A stretch of DNA of 64,000 nt from Octopus vulgaris (lineage: Eukaryota), in assembly GCA_951406725.2 (NCBI GenBank), contig OX597838.1, positions 36,890,001-36,954,000 of the forward strand. The letters run 5' to 3'. Positions 43,189 to 55,874 of the stretch are shown piece by piece. Under the pieces are notes generated by a model that searched no databases, was not told where the DNA came from, and was given only the letters and a program-made list of their open reading frames with translations. The translations under genes were made by a program, and so were the position numbers. Position 1 is the first letter of the stretch; every line of letters starts with the position of its first letter.

Positions 43189-43580
43189 TCTTTATATATA
43201 AAAGTGAGGTTGTGTGCTGTCTGTCTCCTACGATTTAGATTCCTAACTACTCCCACATTTTGCGGTGCAGTTTAACCAAAACCGGGTATCTTATAGTCGT
43301 GATTCATATCGAGCCCTTCTGGGTATTAGCGCACGTCTACGATGAGTGTATGATTAAAAAAAAATTTAACATCAATTTTTCCCATTTTAATGCATTTTTG
43401 GCATATATAAGGGAAGTAACTCTCTAAAAATTTATTATTAAATCTCAGAACGTAAAAAGCTACAGTACCCCCCCTTTGTGGTTAGCCATATTGAGATGGC
43501 TATTATACTTTACATCTCTAAAAAATGCTTATATAGTTATTTCCCTTACAAACCCGAGCAACGCCGGACGATACTGCTAG
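43189..43580 (+). mobile_element. Non-autonomous Helitron
   Basis: Highly similar to 13497-13894; TC...hairpin...CTAG. Confidence 0.8.
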
Positions 43581-43587
43581 TATAGAA

Positions 43588-43980
43588 TATAAAATAATAT
43601 GTTACAATTACTCAATAGTCAAGATAAAACTCTGAGTTTCAGATGCCAAAGTGGAAATCCACAACACCATCTCTTCGGTTATCTGGCCATCTGAAAAAAC
43701 GCTATGAAAAAATACGTGTTTACTATGAAATTTCAATATTATTTTATATAATTATAACACAGTAATTTCCCTTTATATAACGGTATTTTTCATAGCGTTT
43801 TTTTCAGATGGCCAGATAACCGAAGAGATGGTGTTGTGGGTTTCCACTTCGGCATCTGAAACTCAGAGTTTTATCTTGACTATTGAGTAATTGTAACATA
43901 TTATTTTATAGATAAATTTCCTCTATTTACATAATATTGAGGTCTCTTTCTTTCTTTTGTTATCTTACCGTTTTTACCAA
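43588..43980. mobile_element. Fold-back element, family E (arms about 43588-43715 and 43783-43910), hammerhead-like motif at 43814-43876
   Basis: agataa-CCGAAGA-gatg...catct-GAAA-ctc(a)gag-TT-ttatct; 6-bp stem I. Confidence 0.8.
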
Positions 43981-44076
43981 TATATATATATATATATAGA
44001 TAGATAGATAGATAGATATCAATATATATGGAAAAAAGTCAAGGTAGAAAATGCTAAAATAATTTTATAAAAAACA

Positions 44077-44119
44077 TTTCAGTACCGGTTTCAGTCATTG
44101 AGACTTTTTCAACTGTAAG
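44077..44119 (-). ncRNA. Hammerhead motif, U3:A8 core variant
   Basis: Minus strand: cag-TTGAAAA-agtc(tcaat)gact-GAAA-ccgg-TA-ctg. Confidence 0.6.
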
Positions 44120-44186
44120 TTTGGAAAACAGTTAAATTTTGGAAAAATTAATTGAAAAGTTTTGTAAAAGAATATTTGCATTGTGT

Positions 44187-44583
44187 TCAAATACAAGGGG
44201 CCACCAACCTCTTGTGTTGCCCAGAAATCATGTCAACTGATTTCATCAGGAACTTTTGTGGGATGGAACAAGACACAACTTCAAGTTCTTCCAAAGTCTT
44301 TGGTTTAGTACAGTAGACTTTATTCTTTAACCAACCCCTAAGAAATAAGTCACAGGGTGTTAATCTGGGACTCCTGCACGGCCACTCGTTTGGACCAGAA
44401 CGATCCATCCATCTCTCGGGGAAGCAGGCATTCAGCTATTCAGAAACAACAAGAGCAATACCATTACAGATTAAATTTTTCATAATTCAAAAGCAAAAGA
44501 CGAAATGATTGAGAAAAAAATTACAATTAATAGATAATTCATCAGTATTTTAAAATAAGGAGTTACTTTTCAATCACCCTGTA
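44187..44583 (-). pseudogene. Tc1/mariner-superfamily transposase fragment
   Basis: WPCRSPRLTPCDLFLRGWLKNKVY..KPKTLEEL matches the WPPRSPDLTPCDFFLWG motif; TIR-like tacagggtgattgaaaaag end at about 44565-44583. Confidence 0.75.
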
Positions 44584-44754
44584 GTTTAAATTTAAAGAAA
44601 ACAAAAGATGAAGACAGGTGAAGGAACAACAAGCAGAAAAAATGGAAAAGGTTTTGATGTTTCGAGCCTACGCTCTTTGACAGAAAGGATTGAGAGGAAA
44701 AAATGGAGAGAAAAAAGCATGTAGGGATTAATGTTTCAACATGATATACTCTTA

Positions 44755-45170
44755 TTCTTTTACTCTTTTACTTGTTTCAGTCATTTGACTGTGGCTATGC
44801 AGGAGCACGACCTTTAGTTGAGCAAATCGACCCCGGGACTTATTCTTTGTAAGCCCAGTACTTATTCTATCGGTCTCTTTTGCCGAACCGCTAAGTGACG
44901 GGGTCGTTTCCACGTAAACACACCAGCATCGGTTGTCAAGCAATGCTAGCGGGACAAACACAGACACGCAAACACACACACATATATATACCGGCACTAC
45001 ATATATACGATTGATCGGCTTCTTTCAGTTTCCAGTCCGTACCAAATCCACTCACAAGGCATTGGTCGGCCCAGGGCTATAGCAGAAGACACTTGCCCAA
45101 GATGCCACGCAGTGGGACTGAACCCGGAACCATGTGGTTGGTTAGCAAGCTACTTACCACAGAGCCACTC
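44755..45170 (-). mobile_element. SINE family 1
   Basis: Reverse-complement copy. Confidence 0.88.
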
Positions 45171-45187
45171 TTGTGTCTATATATATA

Positions 45188-45455
45188 TACATTATTTATA
45201 TTCTTCATATTTGATGGATATTTGTCCTCATCTTGTTTGTTGTTAACACAATGTTTCAGCTGAAATACCCTCAAGCCTTCATCAGGTGGCTAGTTTTTGA
45301 TGGAGTTTCTCTATATATCTCCACCGAAGTCTAATGTCGGCTCCGTACTGATTAGATAATACAGTTCTGATGAATGCTGGAAGGTATATCAACTGAAATG
45401 TTGTGTTAACAACAAACAAGATGAGGACAAATATCCATCAAATGTAAATAATGTA
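45188..45455. mobile_element. Fold-back element, family F (arms about 45188-45285 and 45367-45455), decayed hammerheads
   Basis: Arms begin at CTGATGA; inferred consensus CTGATGA-a-ggctg...cagcY-GAAA-cg-TT-gtg, with the stem III CpG reading ca in one arm and tg in the other. Confidence 0.8.
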
Positions 45456-45681
45456 CATAATTCCTCTTCTCTTAAATATAGAACTGTATAATATACATAC
45501 TTTTGTTAAAGCTGCAAAATTTTGACAATAGTCTTACTTAGAACTGTAATAGAGGACACTAGAGGGCTTAAAATTTGGGCTGTGCAGTGTAGGGGCACTA
45601 ACCAACACCATTTGTTGATTCCCTGATTTGTGGCCTAAGATGTGTATGATCATGTACCGTCATGGTAAACTTGGATCAATT

Positions 45682-46082
45682 ACTCTTTTACTTGTTTCAG
45701 TCATTTCACTGCGGCCATGCTGGAGCACCGCCTTCTAGTCGAGTAAATCGCCCCCAGGACTTATTCTTTGTAAGCCTAGTACTTATTCTATCAGTCTCTT
45801 TTGCTGAACCACTAAGTTACGGGACATAAACACACCACCATCGGTTGTCAAGCAATGGTGGGGGGACCAAAGACAGACACGCAAACATATACATACATAT
45901 ATATATATATATACATATATACGACAGGCTTCTTCCAGTTTCTGTCTACCAAATCAACTCACAAGGCTTTGGTCGGCCCGAGGCTATAGTAGAAGACACT
46001 TGCCCAAGGTGCCACGCAGTGGGAATGAACCCGGAACTATGTGGTTGGTAAGCAAGCTACTTACCACACAGCCACTCCTGCA
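45682..46082 (-). mobile_element. SINE family 1
   Basis: Reverse-complement copy. Confidence 0.88.
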
Positions 46083-46549
46083 CCAATTGCATATCTTTGG
46101 TCAATTTCTTCTGTTATTACAGCCCCCCTCCCCTACAACAAACGGTATTATCACTGTTTGGTTTGTCATTGGGTAACAACAAATGATCTGTGTTGACATC
46201 TCCTGTCAACAAATTGCCTGTCAGATTTTTTGATTTTAAAATTACACTGAAATAAAAAGCCCATTAGTTGAGAAACTGGTCAAGGTTATTGACTGACAGA
46301 TCAGCTGACTGTGAAAATTCTACCTGAATTTCCTCTTATCTAAAACACGCAACTGTTTAAAATTAAAAGGAACAAACAAAGCATTCTCATTTACAGAACC
46401 TTTCCACAAGTACATATATTTGTATACATATACAAAATTTACATATTCATTTTCTTAAGATTTCATTAAATATATATTTCCTTCCTTATTTAGAACTCTT
46501 TTAAACATAAACATAACGATAACTCTGTTCAACATAAACATAACGTCGT

Positions 46550-46588
46550 AAGAAATTTGAAAAGCTAAATGCGAAACCGGTCTTTCTT
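46550..46588 (+). ncRNA. Hammerhead motif, U3:A8 core variant
   Basis: aagaaa-t-TTGAAAA-gc(taaat)gc-GAAA-ccgg-TC-tttctt. Confidence 0.55.
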
Positions 46589-46740
46589 CTAAACTATGTC
46601 ATTGTAAGGAAAAAAATTTTTTGTAATATTCTTCAGACATATTGACTCAAATATATATATTATTTAACCTTTAAGCCTTCTGTAGTTTTTTCACTTTTTA
46701 CTATTTTCTATACATTCAACCACGTGCTTTCACAAACCAA

Positions 46741-46873
46741 CTGTCGGCAACGTGAAACTCGGAGTAACAGGTTTTGTTGAATTTTCTGCTGCTTTAAATA
46801 AAGCATATTACTCTACCACTGGTATTTGAGTACTCTTTTTCCACCTTGTTTCACATTTATGTGTTTACTCCGT
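46741..46873 (+). mobile_element. Family A single arm, hammerhead core deleted
   Basis: Matches 3930-4059; ctgt joined directly to cggcaacg. Confidence 0.85.
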
Positions 46874-46942
46874 TATATATATACATATATATATATATCT
46901 ATATATATATGTATATATACACACATATATTTATATATCTCT

Positions 46943-47245
46943 AGAATTTTTTGCGTAATGAGATAAAAAACCAAGGCTGTGTAGATATTAGAACATTTAT
47001 GGATAGAAGGTCTTACAGCTGTTTCCAGGATATTAATTTATTATATCCCTTCATCGGAGATGGTGTGGGAGGATGGTTAAGTCATAGTTAGTTTAGATGT
47101 GCTACAAAATAGAGAGTGACGTGGAGGAACAAAATAGATGCAAGAAATGTTTGGATATTGAAGATGTAAATCCTAGTTTTTTGGCAGAATGGTATATATG
47201 CAGTATTCCAATATCCTATGAGTTAAGTTCAAAAGTCCAACAGAG
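46943..47245 (-). mobile_element. Family B single-arm copy with hammerhead at 47011-47060 and longer upstream sequence
   Basis: Minus strand: tct-CCGATGA-a-gggatat...atatcct-g-GAAA-cagctg-TA-aga; includes the spacer sequence of the 14-kb copy. Confidence 0.85.
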
Positions 47246-47316
<71 letters not shown>

Positions 47317-47586
47317 AAGGCAAAATGTCAGAAAGACAGGCCAGTTATTCCTCTACAATTTTTATATATCTCCTGTGTATATATATATATATACACTACC
47401 AAACAAACATGATTTTTATTGAACTCAAAATACGTTTTGGAGTCCTGTTCTGATAACTTTCTTAAATACTTTCTTGTAAACTGTTTTTAACATTTTCTTA
47501 TTATTATCAAAGAACGTATATATGTATTTTAATACTTTTCTGACAACCAATACTTAACACAACAAAGTTCATACAGGGCTCTACAT

Positions 47587-47634
47587 TTTACTTTTGACAA
47601 TCTTTTTCTAAAAAAGTGAAACCGGTCAAGTGAA
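47587..47634 (+). ncRNA. Hammerhead motif, U3:A8 core variant
   Basis: tttactt-TTGACAA-t-cttttt(cta)aaaaag-t-GAAA-ccgg-TC-aagtgaa; 7-bp stem I, 6-bp stem II. Confidence 0.65.
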
Positions 47635-47699
47635 TAAACATTTTAAAAATTGCATTTTCGAACCTTTTTCGTGTATATATATATATATATATATTCATT

Positions 47700-48250
47700 T
47701 ATTCTTTTATTGGTTTCAGTCATTTGACTGTGGCCATGCTGGAGCAGCACCTTAGTTGAACAAACTGACCCCAGGACTTATTCTTTGTAAGCCTAGTACT
47801 TATTCTATCGGTCTCTTTTGCACCAACATCAGTTGTCAATTGGTGGTGGTGGTGGGGGGAGACAAACACATGGACAACATATACATATACATACATATAT
47901 ACATATATATATATAAAGTTAATCCAAACAAGAAAGCACAAAAAAACACAACGCGAGGACGTGGAACAAATATAGTATTATTGGACGCTCAGGAAAGAAG
48001 GAAAGAAGGAGGGTTTAACGCTTCGAGCGGAGCTCTTCGTTGGAAACATAGGAGAAGGAAAGATCCAGAGAAGGGAAGACAGAGGAAAAAAAATCGCCAA
48101 CGGTACACATTTATATGACAGGCTTCTTTCAGGTTCCTTCTACCAAATCCACTCACAAGGTTTTGATCAGCCCAAGGCTAGAGTAGAAGATACAGTGGGA
48201 CTGAACCCAGAACCATGTGGTTGGGAAGCAAGCTTCTTACCACACAGCCA
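47700..48250 (-). mobile_element. SINE family 1 with a family C element (47915-48110) inserted in its TA tract
   Basis: SINE halves at 47700-47880 and 48112-48250. Confidence 0.8.
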
Positions 48251-48439
48251 CAGAGATGAGAAAGGAAAAAAGTATTCTTTTATGAACTTCATTAGCTTAC
48301 AACTGTTTTTGCTATAAGATGCAGAGAATTCCTAGTTGAGTGCCTCAGTAACAATCTGATAGCTTTATCAGAGCCTTGAATATGAAGCATGTGTATATTA
48401 ACGCATATGAATATTAATTTCTACACCAGATTATTAATC

Positions 48440-48755
48440 TTGCAATGCCTGAGCAATCCAACCAAAATGCAAATATATGGGAAACTACCACCTGTGTCAT
48501 CTCTTGTGAAAGGTAGGAGAGTCCAGTTTGCTGGACATTGTTGTAGAGCTGAAAAAGAGGTAATTTCTACTCTTCACCTCTGGAATCCATCTACTCGCAA
48601 TACCAGAGGGCGCACACTCTCCTACCCTGATGTAATCTCCAGGGATACAGGCATCCAGCAACAGGACCTCCGTAATGCTATGATGGACCGTGAAGTCTGG
48701 CATAGCATGGTAAATTCCATTGTCTCGACCACGGTCGAACGATGATGATGATGAT
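48440..48755 (+). pseudogene. RTE-like LINE 3' end with (GAT)n tail
   Basis: IYGKLPPVSSLVKGRRVQFAGHCCR...AMMDREVW followed by gatgatgatg. Confidence 0.8.
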
Positions 48756-48767
48756 GTGTGTGTGTGT

Positions 48768-49030
48768 AGAGGCGCAAAGGGCCAGTGGTTAAGGTAGCGA
48801 ACTTGTGGTTGTAGGATTGTGGTTTCGATTCCCAGACCAGGCATTGTGAGTGTTTATTGAGCGAAAACATCTAAAGGTCCACAAGGCTCTGGCAGGGGGT
48901 GGTTATCCCTGCTGTACTCTTTCGCCACAACTTTCTCTCACTCTTTCTTCTGTTGGCCTGCTCACTTAGCCAGCAGGGTGGCGTCATTTGGAGGCTAAAA
49001 CAATGCGAAGTGGATTATGACCAGCGATGT
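48768..49030 (+). mobile_element. SINE family 3
   Basis: tRNA-like head with B box ggtttcgattccc; homologous to 35893-36200. Confidence 0.8.
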
Positions 49031-49034
49031 GAGA

Positions 49035-50450
49035 GCCAGCAGTGACCTTCATGAGGCAGTGTGCTGAGTGGCATTGCTGTGTTTACTTCATTAGATGTGC
49101 AATTTGTGTTTTCATGGTCCCATACATGCTGTAGTCTGCAATTCTTGTCATGGACAGGAACAAAGAATCAATGTGGAATTTAGTGTTTAACTTGGGAAAT
49201 CTGCTCCAGAGACATTGAGCATTCTTTGGCAAGCACATGGTGATGAGGCGATGGGGTGTATATAACGTTTTGAGTGGCAAATGAGCTTCAAAAGCGGAAG
49301 CCAATGAGCCATAAGCGTCACCTTCAGAAATGTGGTAAAGGCAGTGAGCTGGCAGAAACATTAGCACACAGGGCGAAATGCTTAGCGGTATTTCGTCTGC
49401 CGCTACATTCTGAGTTCAAATTACGACGAGATCGACTTTGCTTTTTATACTTTCGGGGTCGATTAAATAAGTACCAGTTATGCACTAGGGTTGATATAAT
49501 CGACTTAATCCATTTGTCTGTCCTTGTTTGTCCCCTCTGTGTGTAGCTCCTTGTAGGTAGTAAAGAAATAGGTATTTCATCTGCCGCTACTTTCTGAGTT
49601 CAAATTCTGTCGAGGTTGACTTTGCCTTTTATACTTTCGGGGTCGATTAAATAAGTACCAGTTACGCACAATGGTCGATATAATCAATTTAATCCGTTTG
49701 TCTCTCCTTGTTTGTCCCCTCTGTGTGTAGCCCCTTCTGGGTAGTAAAGAAATAAGTATTTCATCTGCCACTACATTCTGAGTTCAAATTCTGCCGAGGT
49801 CGACTTTGCCTTTTATACTTTCGGGGTTGATTAAATAAGTACCAGTTACGCACTATGGTCGATATTATCGACTTAATCCGTTTGTCTGTCCTTGTTTGTT
49901 CCCTCTGTGTGTAGCCCCTTGTGGGCTGTAAAGAAATGAGAAATGTTGTATTGTGCATCGAGAATCTGTCTCCCAGGGCCAGACCATTAATTGAGAGTTC
50001 CACTTTAACATTTTGAAGCATTTGAGGAAGGACATTTGGCAAGAACGACCAGGTCTGTAGAACACGAAGGACTAGATTCTTCATCAGGACAATGCACTCT
50101 GTCGCTGAGCTCTTGCTACTTGTGAGTTTCTCACCAAAAACAACATGGCAACACCTCCACACCCACCCCCATTCATCAGATTTGACCCCTACGGACTTCC
50201 ATCTCTTCCCCAAGATCAAAATTCGGCTGTTTTAACACCATTGTGGAGATATGGAGTGAATCACAGAAGGTAGTCAAATCACTTACAGCAAAGGACCTCA
50301 AAGCCAGATTCCAAAAGTGGCAGGTAACTCTGGGATTAGTGTATTGCTGCGCAAGGTGACTGTTTTGAAGAAGATGAAGTTAAAACTTAGGTAAATACAT
50401 TATTTTTTATCAAACATAACAAGTCCAGGAACTTTTTGATACCACCTCAT
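49035..50450 (+). mobile_element. Degenerate mariner transposon interrupted by tandem SINEs
   Basis: N-terminal EQRINVEF..LGKSAPETL...HGDEAMG...FEW (49157-49300); C-terminal ILHQDNA and HPPHSSDLTPTDFHLFPKIK (50075-50220); TIR-like ggaactttttgataccacctca then TA. Confidence 0.8.
49340..49940 (+). mobile_element. Head-to-tail trimer of SINE family 2
   Basis: One full unit plus two about 185-bp head-truncated units starting at gtatttcatctgcc. Confidence 0.85.
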
Positions 50451-50575
50451 ATATATGCACACATACATATATTATTACTTAATACTTTTTAGTGTACGTG
50501 TAATATATACTTATACATATATATATATATATGTATGTATATATGTGTGTGTGTATATATATATATATGTATGTA

Positions 50576-50624
<49 letters not shown>

Positions 50625-50635
50625 ATATGTGTGTG

Positions 50636-50687
<52 letters not shown>

Positions 50688-50784
50688 GACATACATACAC
50701 ACACACATACAAAAGTCTTTTTCCTAGTTTGTTTTTATGTTTTCGTTTCTCGTTGTGTTCTACGTTTATTTGTGGTGTCCTGTA

Positions 50785-50835
<51 letters not shown>

Positions 50836-51419
50836 CATGTATATATACATATAGATGTAGGTACGTACATATATGTATGTATGCATATATTTTATTTATT
50901 AAATTATTATATATGTATATATATATATATATATATAGCTATAAAAGCTTTTGTGAAAGAAAAAAGTTCTACATATAACCACCTATATAATATTGTGATA
51001 TCCTTTGGGTTGGAAGCACTTAAATACTCCACAATAGAGTGTAATGGTCCTTCAGTTATATATTGCAGGCAAAAACTGTCCGTTGCAATTGGGTTCTCTT
51101 CGAGATTATGCAGAAGTTACGAAGGGGCATTGCAGTTGTTACATAATAAGGCATCTTACTGGGTTTTTCTCACTTTTTGAAAATACGCATGTGTGTGTGT
51201 GTGTGTTTATATATACACACTCATATATATATGTATGTGTGTGTGTGTGTATACACATATACCCATATATCCATCCATTAATATAAGTATAATGTGCAAC
51301 AAATGTCAATGGGCAGATTTTTACGCCTTCCATGTATATGTGTATATGTATACACACACACATATGCACAGATGTACATGTTATACTCGTGTGTGTGTGT
51401 ATGCATGCATGTATATATG

Positions 51420-51460
<41 letters not shown>

Positions 51461-51463
<3 letters not shown>

Positions 51464-51620
51464 GCTGTGTGGTAAGTAGGTTGATTACTGATCACATTGA
51501 TCTGGGTTCAGTCCCACTGTGTGGCACCTTGGGCAAGTGTCTTCTACTATAGCCTCAGGTTGACCAAAGCCTTGTGAATGGATTTGGTAGACGGAAACTG
51601 AAAGAAGCCCATCGTATATG
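51461..51620 (+). mobile_element. SINE family 1, 5' half
   Basis: A/B boxes through gaaagaagcccatcg. Confidence 0.8.
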
Positions 51621-52028
51621 TACATCGTAAAATAAGTCCCAGTTGGGCGGTGGGGGTCGATGCAAATGATTTACCCCTTCCCTGAAATTGCTGACCTTGT
51701 GCTAAAATTTGAAATCATCATCATCATCATCATCATTATTATTATTATTATTATTAGATGTAGAGTTAATAGCAGTAGTAATTCTAGGAGAAATTTTCAT
51801 GCGTGCGCACATGTGAATGCACACATAGCATTCTAATAAACATGCATTCATAAATACACCCAAATGCATACAGATGCACATATCTGTGCGAACACATAAT
51901 TGGATGATTATTTTCTCTCACAGCTGCCTTAAGTACCGTTTTTCTAGATTCCCAATGACGTCTCCACCTATGTCTGTGTGTCACACATATATGTACATGA
52001 ATACTTTTTCAGTGTGTGTGTGTATGTA

Positions 52029-52234
<206 letters not shown>

Positions 52235-52235
52235 T

Positions 52236-52266
<31 letters not shown>

Positions 52267-52794
52267 TATATTTATGTATATATATTTATGTATATATATT
52301 TATGTATATATATATATATATATGTATATACATATATATACACACACACACATTTGCATACATATATTTCATTTAACCTCTCTCTTCTTTTGCTTTTTAT
52401 TTTGGTTTTTAAGGGTTTTATTTTTTGTTTTCGGGGGTGGGGGTGGTGGAGAGAAATCAGGAATTTTTCTCCGAATAATATCATCTCAGAAAATACGCAA
52501 GTTTGCAGGGCAGTAAAATATTTGATGTAAACCCAACCAAAAGGTGCTGGTATCCACATTAAACTTCTCCAAGTGTGTAGAAACAGACATGCACACATGC
52601 ACACACACACACACATATATATATATATACACACACACAAACACATAGTTACCCTATATGTATATATATTTATGTATGTACATATATATATATAGATAAA
52701 CACACACACACATATTTATATATACACATAATTACCTTATACGTATATATATTTATGTATGTAGATATATATAGTTACACAAACACACACACAC

Positions 52795-52833
<39 letters not shown>

Positions 52834-52966
52834 TATTCATAGTTACCCTATATGTATATATATGTATTTATATATGTAGATACACACACACATACACACA
52901 TATGAATATTGATGTATATTTATGTGTGTGTATGTATGAGAAAGTGTCAGTGTGACTGTGTTTATG

Positions 52967-52997
<31 letters not shown>

Positions 52998-53836
52998 GTA
53001 TATTCAAAACGTGAAGCAGTTTCGAAAGAAATTTTTCTCTCCACACACATTCAGTTCAGGCTTTCAATTTCTTTTCCCCATACTGACAACAAACCTACAT
53101 ATTAAATGTACGGCCCGTCCTCACCTACTTCCGTGTCCCTTATACGATCGCATATCCGCATGCTACTCACACACTCTCATATACATAGACACACAAATTC
53201 CCACCCTGAGGGTCCCAAAGCATATTGCATTTATTCTTCATAAGTAAGGAAAAGTTGGGCAGGGTCTTTTTTTTTTTTTTGGTGGTATTTCTGTTATTTA
53301 TTAAAAGAAATATTCTTCTGTTATTTTTTTTATCATCTTCTGCTACTCCTCCTTGTTAACACTCTTAGATGCAACCTCCAGATATTTTCGCAAGAAACCA
53401 TAACTGCTATATACATATATGTTTGTGTATGCATGCATGTATGTATGTATGTATGTATATATGTATGTGTCTGTGTGCGGGTGTTTTTGCAAAGAAGGAA
53501 GTTGCATTATGGTCATCATCATCATCATCGTCATTATCATTAGCAGTAGTATTAGTATTGTCCATGATAACAGCAAAACTAGTGGCAGTAATATTAGTAG
53601 TACTTTGTACTTAGTTGGTCCTATTATTTGATAACTCAACATTTATTATTTCTGATATATATATCATCATCATCATCATCATCGTTATATATGCCTCCTG
53701 AAATGAAAGTTAGAACATTGGGAAAGTGGAACCCAAAATTTCTTTATGTACTCATATAAAAATTCATGGTCCACTCCTGTTCTGTCTGTACATATCTATT
53801 TGTATCAGCCTAACTGTCTTTCTACCTATCTCTCTT

Positions 53837-53911
<75 letters not shown>

Positions 53912-53922
53912 GTATATATATA

Positions 53923-54322
53923 GGCGCAGGAGTGGCTATGTGGTAAGTAGCTTGTCTACCAACCACATGGTTCCGGGTTCAATCCCACAGAGTGGCATCT
54001 TGGGCAAGTGTCTTCTACTATAGTCTCGTGCCGACCAATGCCTTGTGAGTGGATGTGGTAGACGGAAACTGAAAGAAGCCTGTCGTATATATGTATATAT
54101 ATATGTATGTGTGTGTATATGTTTGTGTGTCTGTGTTTGTCCCCCTTGCATTGCTTGACAACCTATGCCGGTGTGTTTACGTCCCCGTCACTTAGCGTTT
54201 CGGCAAAAGAGACCGATAGAATAAGTACTGAGCTTACAAAGAATAAGTCCCGGGGTCGATTTGCTCGACTAAAGGTGGTGCTTCAGCATGGCCGCAGTCA
54301 AATGGCTCAAACAAGTAAAAAA
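53923..54322 (+). mobile_element. SINE family 1
   Basis: Full-length copy. Confidence 0.9.
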
Positions 54323-54330
54323 AAAATTTA

Positions 54331-55564
54331 TTGGGTCATCTCACAAATAATGTGGGTTTTTTTCAGTTTTATGAGCTAAAACTCAGAGGGGACAGGATAA
54401 ACTATCTTCATCAACTTAAATGCAGCTAATAATTTTACCTTGTACTTATTCTTAGTGCAAGTTTTGAAGAGTGCAGTTCGATTTTAAATGTTATTTTTTC
54501 AAAGTTATAATGGAAGTGACAAAGGAGCATATTTAGCATATTTGGCTTTGGGAGTTCAATAGGGGCAATAACACAAAGGAAAGTGTAAGGAATATTGATG
54601 CAGTATATGGGGATCAGACAATAAGCATAATCCAGTGTCAACGGTGGTTCCAGAAATGCCAAGCCAAAAACTACAGCCGAGAAGATGAGTCTTGTTCTAG
54701 AAGACCTGTAGAGCTCAACGAGGATATCCTGCAAACCCTGGGGGAACAAAATCTCACCATAACTGTTGAGGAACTAGCAGAGAAGCTTGGATTTGGTCAT
54801 TCAACCATTCATCAACACCTGTGTGCCATTGGAAAAGTTAGAAAATAGAGTCAATGGCTTCCTCACAAACTTTCTGAGTCTATTCACACACAGAGAGGGA
54901 ATGTGTCCTTATCTTTGCTGTTATGTTTCACAAATGAACATTTTTTTCTAGCCAAAGTGACTGGTGATGAGAAATGGGTTCTCTATAAAAATGTCAAGCA
55001 CTGAAGACAGTGGGTAGGGAAAGGAGAAAAACTGGCACCCCTGGCTAAAGAAGGTCTTCACCCATGTAAGGTGTTGTTATCTGTTTGGTGGGATATGAAA
55101 GGTTTAGACGATTTTGAAATTTTAGACCCAAACCAAACGATAACAAAAGAGATCTACTGTGAGCTGCTTGGGCAGCTCAAGTCAGTGCTAGAAGGAAAAT
55201 GACCATCTTTGGTTTCAAGATGAAAGGTGTTCTTCCATCAGGATAATGCTTGGTCACATACAGCAAGGATAACATTTCAAAGGCTGGAGTAGTTGGAATT
55301 GGGAATGATGCCCCTCCTATCGTATTCACTGGACATGCAAAATATGAATTCTGTAGACGAGGTCAGAATAGTGCTGGAAGAGTATTTTTCATCATGGACA
55401 AAGGAAATTTGGAATAGGGGTTTTGCAAGTCTACCAGACAGGCTGGAAGGGCATTGTAGAAAATGAAGGAGAGTTTATTTTAGATTAAAAAAGAAATTTG
55501 TTTATTTTAATTTTGAAAAATAAAGGAAATATTTTAAAAACACATTATTTATGGGATGACGCAA
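54331..55564 (+). mobile_element. Near full-length degenerate mariner element (DD34D-type transposase pseudogene)
   Basis: TIRs ttgggtcatctcacaaataatgtg / cacattatttatgggatgacgcaa with TA on both sides; motifs VTGDEKWVLYKN, GLHPCKVLLSVWWDMKG, FHQDNA; many stops. Confidence 0.92.
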
Positions 55565-55584
55565 TATATATACTCACATATATA

Positions 55585-55874
55585 TCACGTGATCACGTGA
55601 CCGACCAGACCATCAGATGTTGCTACACATCGCTGGTCACAATGCGATCGCATTGTTTTAGCCTTCGAATGATGCCATCCCGCTGGCTAAGCGAGCAGGC
55701 CAACAGAAGAAAGAGTGGTGAAAGAGTACAGCAGGGATCACCACCCCCTACCGGAGTCTCGTGGAGCTTTTAGGTGTTTTCGCTCAATAAACACACACAA
55801 CGCCTGGTCTGGGAATCGAAACCGCAATCCTATGATCGCGAGTCTGCTGCCCTAACCACTAGGCCATTGCACCT
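55585..55874 (-). mobile_element. SINE family 3
   Basis: Homologous to 35893-36200. Confidence 0.8.

Noticed and set aside
48768-48845. tRNA-like sequence with A/B boxes
   Set aside because: Head of SINE family 3; no intact cloverleaf.
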